A program made the position numbers and the translations under genes. Below the pieces are notes generated by a model. It ran no database searches and was not told where the DNA came from. It saw only the letters and a list, made by a program, of their open reading frames with translations. A stretch of DNA of 64,000 nt. It comes from Gammaproteobacteria bacterium. GTDB taxonomy: Bacteria; Pseudomonadota; Gammaproteobacteria; Ga0077536. The stretch covers positions 18,753-82,752 of the forward strand of contig JADLGE010000071.1 in assembly GCA_020849475.1 (NCBI GenBank), given 5' to 3'. Position 1 is the first letter of the stretch, and every line of letters starts with the position of its first letter. Shown here in pieces: positions 56,409-64,000 of this stretch.

Positions 56409-56730
56409 CGTAGTCCCACTCGTAACGCGTGAGGTCGATGCGCCCGAACGCGTCGAAGGCCACGCCTTCCAGCGCCAGGCGGTCGTATTGTTCGTTCGGC
56501 GCGTCACCGTCACCACGCGGACTGACGCCGCCTTTGACGTTGACCACCCGGTGCCAGGGCACGTCGCTGCCGGTCTTCAACGCGGCCAGGGCGTAGCCGA
56601 CCTGGCGCGCGCCGCTCGGTCCTTCGATGTGGGCCAGCGCCGCGACCTGCTTGTAGGTGGCGACGCGGCCGACCGGGATGGCGCTGACCACGGCCCACAC
56701 CCGCGCATTGCGACCCATGGCCTCACTCAT
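56401..56730 (-). CDS. Alkyltransferase-like protein (ATL; MGMT-fold DNA-binding, YbaZ-like)
   Basis: Active-site position reads PWHRVVN (Trp in place of Cys); C-terminus IDLTRYEWDY matches YbaZ recalled from memory; start at internal ATG 56730. Confidence 0.75.
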   Translation of the reverse strand: MSEAMGRNARVWAVVSAIPVGRVATYKQVAALAHIEGPSGARQVGYALAALKTGSDVPWHRVVNVKGGVSPRGDGDAPNEQYDRLALEGVAFDAFGRIDLTRYEWDYGG

Positions 56731-56752
56731 TGCTGCGCACGTGCCCGGCGCT

Positions 56753-57142
56753 TCAGCACTGCACATCCTTGTCGACCCGCGGCGGGTCGGACAATTCCAC
56801 GCGCACACCATGATGGGCCGCGCCGCGTGGCTTCAGACACATGAGCACGGTGCGCTGCGCGACCCAGGTCAGGCCTATCTGGCGACCTGAGAATGGCGTG
56901 CCGTCGTTGGCGAGCTCGGTGCTCACCACCGGTGCGCCGGCCGCCATGCCGCGCGGCACGAGATAGAGATGGATTTGATCGGCGCCGTCGCTGCCGCGGG
57001 CCGCGACCCGCGTCACGCGCAGCAGGTAATCGCCGTCAGGCGAGGCGAATTCACTCAAGGTTTCTTCCGGCGCGTCGCCGCAAGCGCAGAGCAGGGCCAG
57101 CAGTGCGGCGCCCATGCCCCACCGCTGCGGCCGTCGTTTCAT
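56753..57142 (-). CDS. Putative lipoprotein/secreted hypothetical protein
   Basis: Signal peptide with LLALLCACG. Confidence 0.5.
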   Translation of the reverse strand: MKRRPQRWGMGAALLALLCACGDAPEETLSEFASPDGDYLLRVTRVAARGSDGADQIHLYLVPRGMAAGAPVVSTELANDGTPFSGRQIGLTWVAQRTVLMCLKPRGAAHHGVRVELSDPPRVDKDVQC

Positions 57143-57405
57143 GGTTGTTCGTCGAGGGTCTTGGCGCGCGCGGCCTGGTAATCCTGGTAGCGACTGCGAT
57201 CAGGATGTTGCGAGTCGGCGCACTGGCTGGCGCGGGCCTGGGCGTCGCGCTGGTGGGCGCCGGCCTGCTGGCAGGCGTAGTTGTCGCCAACGTCATAGAA
57301 CAGCTGCTGCCAGCTTGCGGTGCTGCAGCCGCCGAGGCCGGTCAGCATCGCGACCAGGCACAGCCGTCGCAACGGACTTGATCTCACGAAATGCTCAGCG
57401 CGCAC
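57139..57405 (-). CDS. Small putative lipoprotein
   Basis: 88 aa, LTGLGGCS lipobox-like signal. Confidence 0.5.
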   Translation of the reverse strand: MRAEHFVRSSPLRRLCLVAMLTGLGGCSTASWQQLFYDVGDNYACQQAGAHQRDAQARASQCADSQHPDRSRYQDYQAARAKTLDEQP

Positions 57406-57781
57406 GCTCGTGACGCGCGTCGAGAAAATCGACCCACGCTTCCCAGCGCTTGGTGTCGGATGGAAACTTGGGATGATCGAAACGGGCGATCACTACGTGT
57501 TCCGGTCCGGCGCGGTAGGCGATGGCGGCGACGAAGATCAAGCCATCCTTGTAGGCCTGACGCTGTTCGTCCGGCACGCTCTTGTGCGGCGTGTCGGACC
57601 ACAGACCATCCGCGCGCAGCGGCGCTATCCAGTTTTCAGCGTGATTGGCAGTGGTGCCGCGCAGCGTGCAGAAATACAGGCTGCCGTTCAATTTGTCGCC
57701 CGGGTCAAAAGCCAGGTCGTAGTTGTCGACGATGACGGCGTTGCTGAACTCGGCCGGCACGCTGTGCATTTGCGCGCTCAT
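57395..57781 (-). CDS. Hypothetical protein
   Basis: ATG 57781 8 nt after GGGAG; 128 aa; no recognised domain. Confidence 0.45.
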   Translation of the reverse strand: MSAQMHSVPAEFSNAVIVDNYDLAFDPGDKLNGSLYFCTLRGTTANHAENWIAPLRADGLWSDTPHKSVPDEQRQAYKDGLIFVAAIAYRAGPEHVVIARFDHPKFPSDTKRWEAWVDFLDARHERAR

Positions 57782-57876
57782 GAATGATGCTCCCGTGGGA
57801 CGATGCCGCGGCACCAGAGCCGCGGCGCAGACGGTGCACGCTAACCCAGGCGCAGCACCCGATCAATCCTGAAAGT

Positions 57877-58170
57877 TCAGGGTTTCAACTCCACTTCGAC
57901 GAACGACAAGAAATGATCGTTGGCGTTGATGACATTGTGCTCGACGCCGACATTGCGCGAATAGGACACGCCGACCTTGAGCTCGGCGCGCTTCTCGCCA
58001 TCCGGTGTTTCAAGCAGCAAGGTGCCATCGGTGAGCGGCACCACCACGTAATCATGGCCGTGCACATGCCAGCCGGTCTCGGCGCCGGGCGCAAAGCGCC
58101 ACTCGGTGACGATCACGCGCTCGTTCTCGAATTGTTTGACGCCTTCGGCCTGGGGACGGGACGGACTCAT
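57877..58170 (-). CDS. Cupin domain protein
   Basis: 97 aa, GWHVHGHDYVVVPLTDGTL cupin motif. Confidence 0.7.
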   Translation of the reverse strand: MSPSRPQAEGVKQFENERVIVTEWRFAPGAETGWHVHGHDYVVVPLTDGTLLLETPDGEKRAELKVGVSYSRNVGVEHNVINANDHFLSFVEVELKP

Positions 58171-58194
58171 GGGGACTCCTTGGGGTGAATGGGT

Positions 58195-58674
58195 TCAAGC
58201 GAGGGCCGTGGCATCGCTCCATGCCAGCGCCGGAAAACGTTCCACGCCTTCGGCAAGAAATTCGCCGAAGGCATCCATGCACACGCAATGACGGCGCGTG
58301 ATGCGCCAGCCGGCCGGCGTGAGCGCGAAAGTATCGTGGTAGGAGCCGCGCACTTCCCAGCGCGTCAAAGTGCCTTCCGGCAGGCGCTGCAAATGGGTGG
58401 CGATGACACGCGCGCTGGCGTGAGCGCTCTTGCCGGTGATTTCAATCATGGGCGGGGCGATCACATGGTTGGTCCAGTAGCACAAATCCAGAAACTGGCT
58501 GAAAGCCGCCACCGCACCGGCGCCGGTGCAATCGAAGACATGCCCCGACACTTCGTAGTGCAGCGCCGCGCTCGGCGTGAACACCTGCTCGAGATATTCG
58601 AAGCGCTTTTCGTCGATGGCGCGCGCATAGATGGCGTAGGTGTGCGAGATGGCGAGGTGAGCGTCGAGATCCAT
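58195..58674 (-). CDS. NTF2-like (SnoaL-like) protein
   Basis: 159 aa; fold call from composition/length. Confidence 0.55.
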   Translation of the reverse strand: MDLDAHLAISHTYAIYARAIDEKRFEYLEQVFTPSAALHYEVSGHVFDCTGAGAVAAFSQFLDLCYWTNHVIAPPMIEITGKSAHASARVIATHLQRLPEGTLTRWEVRGSYHDTFALTPAGWRITRRHCVCMDAFGEFLAEGVERFPALAWSDATALA

Positions 58675-58743
58675 GGTTCCCCCGGCTGGGCGACACCGCG
58701 TGCCGCGTCGGCGTCAGTGTAGGCGCGATGCGCGGGCGCGTCT

Positions 58744-59388
58744 TTAAAACTGCGCGGGACGCGGCAGCGCCAGCCACGCCTGCACCGACGGCCTTTGCCA
58801 TTGTGCACGCGCAAAGGCCGCCACCGCCGACGGCGTGGCGTCGCCGCTGTTCAACAGCCGCTGCAGCATCAGCGCGAGATCGGTATCGGCTATCGACCAC
58901 TCGTCGAACAACTGCGTGGCGCCGACCGGCAATATCGCTTCGACGAACGCACACAGGCGCTCGGCGTCACCATGCGCGGCATCGGTCAGTGGCGTGGTGA
59001 GCGGCGCGCCGAACACCGCGGTGGTCGGACGCGCCTCGCGCAATGCGCCGAGATCGCTGCGCAGCCAGGCCTGAATCTGCCGCGCACGGGCGCGCGCCTG
59101 ACGGCCCTGCGGATAGAGCGCGCGATAGCCCGGCGCCGGCAGCAGCTCTTCGAGATATTCGGCAATTGCCGATGACTCGCTGAGATGAAAATCAGCGTGA
59201 CTCAGCGTCGGCACGCGGCCGGTCAGGGAGTCGCGCAGGTAGTCCGGCGCGCGATGCGCGGCGGCGCGCAGGTCGACCAGGCGAGTTGTGAACGGCACGC
59301 CCTTTTCGGTCAGTGCAACGAAGGCCGACATGGCATAGGGACTGACGTGGCGGGCATCGACATACAAGACGAAAGGCGAGTCGGACAT
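58744..59388 (-). CDS. Glutathione S-transferase family protein
   Basis: 214 aa, GST N-terminal thioredoxin-like region (SPYAMSAFVALTEKGVPF). Confidence 0.75.
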   Translation of the reverse strand: MSDSPFVLYVDARHVSPYAMSAFVALTEKGVPFTTRLVDLRAAAHRAPDYLRDSLTGRVPTLSHADFHLSESSAIAEYLEELLPAPGYRALYPQGRQARARARQIQAWLRSDLGALREARPTTAVFGAPLTTPLTDAAHGDAERLCAFVEAILPVGATQLFDEWSIADTDLALMLQRLLNSGDATPSAVAAFARAQWQRPSVQAWLALPRPAQF

Positions 59389-59445
59389 GACGGCGGGCGC
59401 TCCGGAGACAATGACAATGGGCGGCGGCGCGCGGGCCGTGCGCGC

Positions 59446-59853
59446 TCAGGGTAGAACGGTCGTGCAGTTGGATGTGCAGCGCGCAATCTGGCCGCGCAGG
59501 CGGTTGTAGAGTCCGTCGCAGACGCCACGCTTCGATTCACACAGCACCCGCGTGACCAAGGTCGGGTTGCCGTTCTTGAACACGATATCTCGACGCACGA
59601 CGGTCGGATAGGCCGGATGGCCCTTGGGCGCGAAGGTCCAGGTGGTGAAATCATCGCCGGCTTCGTCGGTGATGATGGTCCAACCGCTGTGGTCGGCGCT
59701 CTGCACATCGGGCTTGGCGGCGAGGGCCTTGCGCGCGGCGCTGACCGACGCGTAGCCGATACCGCTGACGGTGGTCTGCGCGTGCGCGGCATCGGGCATG
59801 AAGCCCACGGCGAGCACGAGCAGCAGAAAGTGTTGGCGAAATTGACGGCGCAT
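59446..59853 (-). CDS. Secreted hypothetical protein
   Basis: Signal peptide LLLVLAVGFMPDAAHA; 4 Cys in C-terminal part. Confidence 0.5.
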   Translation of the reverse strand: MRRQFRQHFLLLVLAVGFMPDAAHAQTTVSGIGYASVSAARKALAAKPDVQSADHSGWTIITDEAGDDFTTWTFAPKGHPAYPTVVRRDIVFKNGNPTLVTRVLCESKRGVCDGLYNRLRGQIARCTSNCTTVLP

Positions 59854-59951
59854 GGCGAACTTCCCGGGCCGGCACGAAAGAATCAGCGGCAGCCGGCCAC
59901 TAGTCGGTCAAGGATAGCCGCTTTCAGGCACGCGCAGGAACGTCGGGGAGC

Positions 59952-60593
59952 TCAGGGCGTGGCGATGGCCGCCAGCTGGCGGTCATGCCAGCGCGTCAGC
60001 AGCAGCAAAGCGGCGCCGGCGCCGAGCAGCGCGCAAAACATATCCCATTGCGTGTCCCACACATCGCCCTGGGTGCCGAGGAACTGGTCAGCGCCCTGGC
60101 CCAGGATCAGCGCCGCCGCCCATTCGATCAACTCGTAGGAAGCGCTCACCGCCAGCACGATGGCGATGCAAATGAAAGCCAGCATGCGCCGTCCGCGCAC
60201 ATAGGCGCCGCGCAGCAGGATCTCACGCGCCACCATCACCGGCACGAAGCCCTGGAAAAGATGCCCGATGCGGTCATAGGGGTTGCGTTCAAGGTGCAGC
60301 ATTTGCGCGAGCTCGAAACCGAGAGGCACGCGCGCATAGGTGTAGGCGCCGCCCAGCATCAGCACGCAGGCGTGCAGGAAGATGAGGGTGTAAACGAGCG
60401 TGGTGAGCGGCAGTCGGCGATAGGTGAAGGCCATGAGCGGCACGGCCAGCAGCACCGGCATCACTTCCATGAGCCAGGTGCCGCGATCGTAGGGCGCGAC
60501 ACCGGACCACACCAGCAAGGCCAGCAGCGCAAGCGCCGCTCCGACCAGGCGCCGCTCGCGCGCGCCATCTGGCGCCGATGTATGCGTCACCAT
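59952..60593 (-). CDS. DUF2238-like integral membrane protein
   Basis: Start at internal ATG 60593 (MVTHTSAP...), overlapping upstream gene by 7 nt; ~6 TM helices. Confidence 0.6.
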   Translation of the reverse strand: MVTHTSAPDGARERRLVGAALALLALLVWSGVAPYDRGTWLMEVMPVLLAVPLMAFTYRRLPLTTLVYTLIFLHACVLMLGGAYTYARVPLGFELAQMLHLERNPYDRIGHLFQGFVPVMVAREILLRGAYVRGRRMLAFICIAIVLAVSASYELIEWAAALILGQGADQFLGTQGDVWDTQWDMFCALLGAGAALLLLTRWHDRQLAAIATP

Positions 60594-60922
60594 ACGGTGT
60601 AAGCCATCAGCACACCGGTCGCGACCATCAGCGTCATGCCCACTACGAACAAGGTGTCGGCGGTGTGTTCGAGCATGACGGTGACACGCGTGTCGCGCAT
60701 GCGCAAGGCGAAGAAAATAAGGTAAGCGCTGCACAGGAACACCAGCGCGCAAATGGCCAGCAGGTCATCGGCGATGGTCGCGGCGCGCGAAGCACGGCCG
60801 ACGGTGTAGAACAAAGTCACGCCGGTGATGCACAGGCCCGCCATATTGCCGGACAGCGACAACAGGTGCAGCAATTCCTCGCGCAGCCACGGCCGCTGTC
60901 GGGATGGACGATTCATGCGCAA
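60587..60922 (-). CDS. Small integral membrane protein (3 TM helices)
   Basis: 111 aa; translationally coupled to DUF2238 gene. Confidence 0.5.
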   Translation of the reverse strand: MRMNRPSRQRPWLREELLHLLSLSGNMAGLCITGVTLFYTVGRASRAATIADDLLAICALVFLCSAYLIFFALRMRDTRVTVMLEHTADTLFVVGMTLMVATGVLMAYTVW

Positions 60923-60947
60923 GACATTCCTGGCTGTCGGTCGGCGT

Positions 60948-61553
60948 TCATGCCGCGCGCCCGTCGTGGCGCGCGAGCCGCTGTTGAAGATGCCGTTTCA
61001 CGTCCGGCCATTCGCTGGCGAGAATGCTGTACATCACGGTATCGCGCACCGAGCCGTCGCGGCGCGGGGCATGGTGCCGAATCACGCCATCGCGTCGGGC
61101 GCCCAAGGCTTCGATGGCGCGCTGTGAGCGGAAATTGAAATTATCGGTGCGCAGCCCCACCACCTGGCATGCCAGCACCTCAAATGCATGGCCGAGCAAC
61201 AAGAGCTTGCACACGGTGTTCACGGCGCTGCGCTGACAGCGCTCGGCATACCAGGTGTAACCGACCTCGACACGCGACACGGCCGGCACGATGTCGTGAT
61301 AGCGCGTGCTGCCGAGCACCTCGCCGCTGTGCGCGTCACACACCACCCACGGCAACATGTGGCCGGCCGCCTGGCCACTCAAGGCGGTGGCGATGTAAGC
61401 GTCGACGTGATCCGGTTCCGGCACCGAGGTGTACCACAGTTCCCACAGGCGTCCGTCGCGCGCCGCCGCCGCGAGGCCTGCGACGTGCTCAGTGGTCATC
61501 GGCACGAGGCGTACATCGCGCATTGCGAGCGTGACGGGTGTCGGTGTGTTCAT
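60948..61553 (-). CDS. GNAT family N-acetyltransferase
   Basis: ATG 61553 8 nt after GGAGA; GNAT core; ~201 aa. Confidence 0.75.
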   Translation of the reverse strand: MNTPTPVTLAMRDVRLVPMTTEHVAGLAAAARDGRLWELWYTSVPEPDHVDAYIATALSGQAAGHMLPWVVCDAHSGEVLGSTRYHDIVPAVSRVEVGYTWYAERCQRSAVNTVCKLLLLGHAFEVLACQVVGLRTDNFNFRSQRAIEALGARRDGVIRHHAPRRDGSVRDTVMYSILASEWPDVKRHLQQRLARHDGRAA

Positions 61554-61581
61554 TGTGCGCGTCTCCATGGGGGCCAAGCGT

Positions 61582-62040
61582 TCACTCGTAGCGTTTGCCG
61601 GCCAGTTCCAGCCAACCGCCGGCGTGTTTGCCACGTGGGTCATGGTGGGTCCAATGCAGTACGCCGCCGCGCTCGTTCCATTCGTATTCGCCGGCAAAGC
61701 GCACACGGTCACCGACCTCGAGGGTGTCGAGGCGCGGCGCGAGATCGATATTGTGTGCGACCAGCAGCGTCGCGCCTTCGGGCAGACGCAGAATGAAACG
61801 CTGATGGCGACTGCCGCGTGTATCGTCGGCCAGTATTTTCGTCACCACCCCTTCGCCCTCGATCGCGACATCGCTGCGGCGCGCGGCAAACGCCGCCGCC
61901 ACCGCCTGGTCGGCATTGCCGACCGTGGCCGAAGGCGCGGGCGTCACCGTCGACGGCAGGTGATCCTGACCAAACACATAGGCCAGCACCAGTGCCAGCA
62001 CGATGCTGACCAGGCGGCCGCCCAACTTCGAGTTTTTCAT
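61582..62040 (-). CDS. DUF3465-like secreted protein
   Basis: 152 aa with signal/TM anchor; family from memory. Confidence 0.55.
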   Translation of the reverse strand: MKNSKLGGRLVSIVLALVLAYVFGQDHLPSTVTPAPSATVGNADQAVAAAFAARRSDVAIEGEGVVTKILADDTRGSRHQRFILRLPEGATLLVAHNIDLAPRLDTLEVGDRVRFAGEYEWNERGGVLHWTHHDPRGKHAGGWLELAGKRYE

Positions 62041-62095
62041 TGCAGAAAGTCCCTTGGAAACACGCGGCAGTTCAATTCAGGCCTGCGTGTCGCAT

Positions 62096-62527
62096 TCAAT
62101 GCCGCGCGTCGCTCTCGACCTGCCGTTTGAGTCCGCGCGCTTCCTGCGCAAGGTAGCGTCGCGTGGTGCGTCCCGCCAGCCACGCCACGGGTCGCGCCAG
62201 CAGGCCGTCGAAGCACAGGCGCAGACTGACGAGGCAACCGCCATCACGCGCGCCGAGCGTATGTTCAGCGCTGACCCGCAGGCCAGGGCTGGCGGTGAAC
62301 CACGAGAAGCCCAGCGCTTCGCGCCAGTCATCTATCTCCCACACCGCCGACCGCAGGCCGGGCTGCGTGATGCGCACGCGCATGCCGATGGCGGGTGGCC
62401 CCGGCTCCAGGCATTCGAGCGCGGTCATGGTCGGCGTCCAGTTCGGCCAGTGTTCGAGCGCAGCCAACACCGTCCATACCCGCGCCGGCGGCGCATCGAT
62501 CATCACCGTCTCGCGGAACTCGACCAT
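62096..62527 (-). CDS. SRPBCC (START/Bet v1-like, polyketide cyclase-type) family protein
   Basis: 143 aa, IDAPPARVWTVL...HWPNW motif typical of SRPBCC. Confidence 0.7.
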   Translation of the reverse strand: MVEFRETVMIDAPPARVWTVLAALEHWPNWTPTMTALECLEPGPPAIGMRVRITQPGLRSAVWEIDDWREALGFSWFTASPGLRVSAEHTLGARDGGCLVSLRLCFDGLLARPVAWLAGRTTRRYLAQEARGLKRQVESDARH

Positions 62528-62575
62528 GATGGCGCTCTCCTGTTCGCTGGCAATGGACGGTCTTTACGAAGCGCG

Positions 62576-62995
62576 TCAGGGTGAGGCGGCCGGCGCGGCG
62601 CCGGGGGCGACTTCATCGCGCCGCCCGGCGGACGGCGGCCGATGCAGAACGATGTCCTCCTTAGGCTCGTCGGCGTCGCGCAGCACCAGACGATCTTCGC
62701 CAACTTCGACGAGCTGATAGTCGTATTCGATGTCTTCACAGCACGTGATCACGAGCCGCGCGCCGTTCAAGGTCCAGCGCCCATCGACCGCCGATGGGCG
62801 GTCGTGCAGCCATGAGTTGTAAGTGCGCACGCCGTCGTTGTCGGCCAGTTCGATGGCCTCATCCGGACAATCACCGCTGTCGCACAACCAGTAACCGAGC
62901 ACGCCGTGGGCATCCGCTTCTTCCTCGGCCTGCGCCTCGCACAACGCCACAAGGCTGCCCAGCATCACACACAGGACGAGTTTTGCTGTTCGCAT
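62576..62995 (-). CDS. Secreted Cys-containing hypothetical protein
   Basis: Signal peptide LVLCVMLGSLVALCEAQA; acidic, 6 Cys. Confidence 0.5.
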   Translation of the reverse strand: MRTAKLVLCVMLGSLVALCEAQAEEEADAHGVLGYWLCDSGDCPDEAIELADNDGVRTYNSWLHDRPSAVDGRWTLNGARLVITCCEDIEYDYQLVEVGEDRLVLRDADEPKEDIVLHRPPSAGRRDEVAPGAAPAASP

Positions 62996-63115
62996 CGTGG
63001 CGCACTCCCGAGACCGCTGACGTCATGGTAACGCAAGGTAATCTTCAAGTTGGACTTTAAGACGTTGCGCGGCAGGAAGCAGCCCGCGGCACAGCGCATG
63101 CGCCCCGTGCGGCTG

Positions 63116-63574
63116 TCATCGCGGCAGACCCTGCCTGACAGGAAAGCGCGACAGGACATCGCTACAAGCCTGCACCAGGGCATCGAGTTCAGCGGCCTCG
63201 AAGGCGAAACCGAAATCGTGCATTTCAGCCTTGTGGTCGGGCGTGATGCGCACCTTGCCAATGAACTGATCGCCCGGCACCGCCCACAGCTCAATCTTGA
63301 GATTGGGTTCCATGCAGAACAAACCTGCTTCCTGCACCTGGCGCGCGGCGAGCTTGGTGCATCCGTTGTGCAGCGTAACGATTTCGCTGAGGTGCACCAG
63401 CGGTCCGGCCACCGTCACTTGCGACTGCGCACTCTGGTACTGCGCAAGCACCGTCACCCAGTTGCCGTCCCAATAGTCATGGGTATCGGCCTCGTGGCGA
63501 CCGTCTACCCACACACGCAGGCCGGCCAGCTGGATGTCGGGCGCGCGGGAGCGCGGGGCTGTCGATACATTCAT
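63116..63574 (-). CDS. Hypothetical protein (possible immunity-protein-like)
   Basis: 152 aa; no confident family. Confidence 0.45.
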   Translation of the reverse strand: MNVSTAPRSRAPDIQLAGLRVWVDGRHEADTHDYWDGNWVTVLAQYQSAQSQVTVAGPLVHLSEIVTLHNGCTKLAARQVQEAGLFCMEPNLKIELWAVPGDQFIGKVRITPDHKAEMHDFGFAFEAAELDALVQACSDVLSRFPVRQGLPR

Positions 63575-63620
63575 TGCGGAATTTCCGTAAGCACGGGCGC
63601 GATGTTGCGGTGAGCAGGCA

Positions 63621-64000
63621 TTACACCAAGGCCTCGTGCAGTCCTATTTCGAGAAGACGCAGACGCAGATCACTGCGCTGGTCGTCGGAAGGCGCGGCGC
63701 GCAGGGCGCAGCGCGCGCTGGCGTCGGCTGCATCGGCGTCACCCAGCGTGACCCAGGCCTCGGCCGCCGCCAGGTGCAGCAACCACACGCCCGGCCCCTG
63801 GGCGATCAGGAATGGCGTGATGTCATCCACGGCGCGGCGCGCCTCGCCGTGGCGAATCAGGAACCCGGCGAGAAAATAGCGCGCAACATTAGTACTGACA
63901 TCGTCATCTTCAACGGCGCAGGCCAAGGCCGTCCGCAGTTGTTGCTCGGCCTCTTGATCTTTGCCGAGCGCTTCCAACACCGCCGCCAGTTCACTGTGGT
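63621..64000 (-). CDS. TPR-like hypothetical protein, 3' portion (start beyond window end)
   Basis: ORF open to window edge, helical repeat composition. Confidence 0.45.
   Translation of the reverse strand, partial: HSELAAVLEALGKDQEAEQQLRTALACAVEDDDVSTNVARYFLAGFLIRHGEARRAVDDITPFLIAQGPGVWLLHLAAAEAWVTLGDADAADASARCALRAAPSDDQRSDLRLRLLEIGLHEALV

Overview
This is a high-GC (roughly two-thirds G+C) gammaproteobacterial chromosomal segment that is almost entirely coding, with about 80 genes and no rRNA, CRISPR arrays or recognisable transposases or integrases. The gene order resembles Pseudomonas-type core neighbourhoods. These are engB - cytochrome c4 - dsbA - GGDEF cyclase, a hemCDXY cluster divergent from gshB, gshB-tonB-yqgE-ruvX-pyrR-pyrB-pyrC', uvrD divergent from pmbA, and sthA and the MoxR-DUF58-transglutaminase triad. 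Each gene call rests on motifs I read directly in the translated ORFs, for example HEFGH, CxxCH, CPHC, GGEEF and Walker A. There is one tRNA-Arg(CCG) on the minus strand, followed by a decayed tandem duplicate. A family of REP-like palindromic elements of two unit types occupies at least eight intergenic sites, mostly at gene 3' ends. Four points stand out. First, a membrane sensor with a MHYT domain and a PAS domain ends in a CxxC-x29-CxxC module instead of a known output domain, and a small unknown protein is translationally coupled to it. This pair lies downstream of an SDR-esterase-flavin monooxygenase-exporter cluster. Second, an alkyltransferase-like (PWHRV) protein overlaps a membrane-anchored glutaredoxin-like gene. 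Third, a PyrK-like 2Fe-2S reductase is fused onto the end of the pyrimidine operon. Fourth, an orphan VPLPA/PEP-CTERM-type sorting-signal protein has no sortase gene nearby. The last ~6.5 kb is a single-strand array of 12 tightly packed small genes (cupin, NTF2-like, GST, GNAT, SRPBCC, DUF2238 and others) that looks accessory. Many long shadow ORFs antisense to well-supported genes were seen and rejected. No database search could be run, so every family assignment is from motif recognition and memory.
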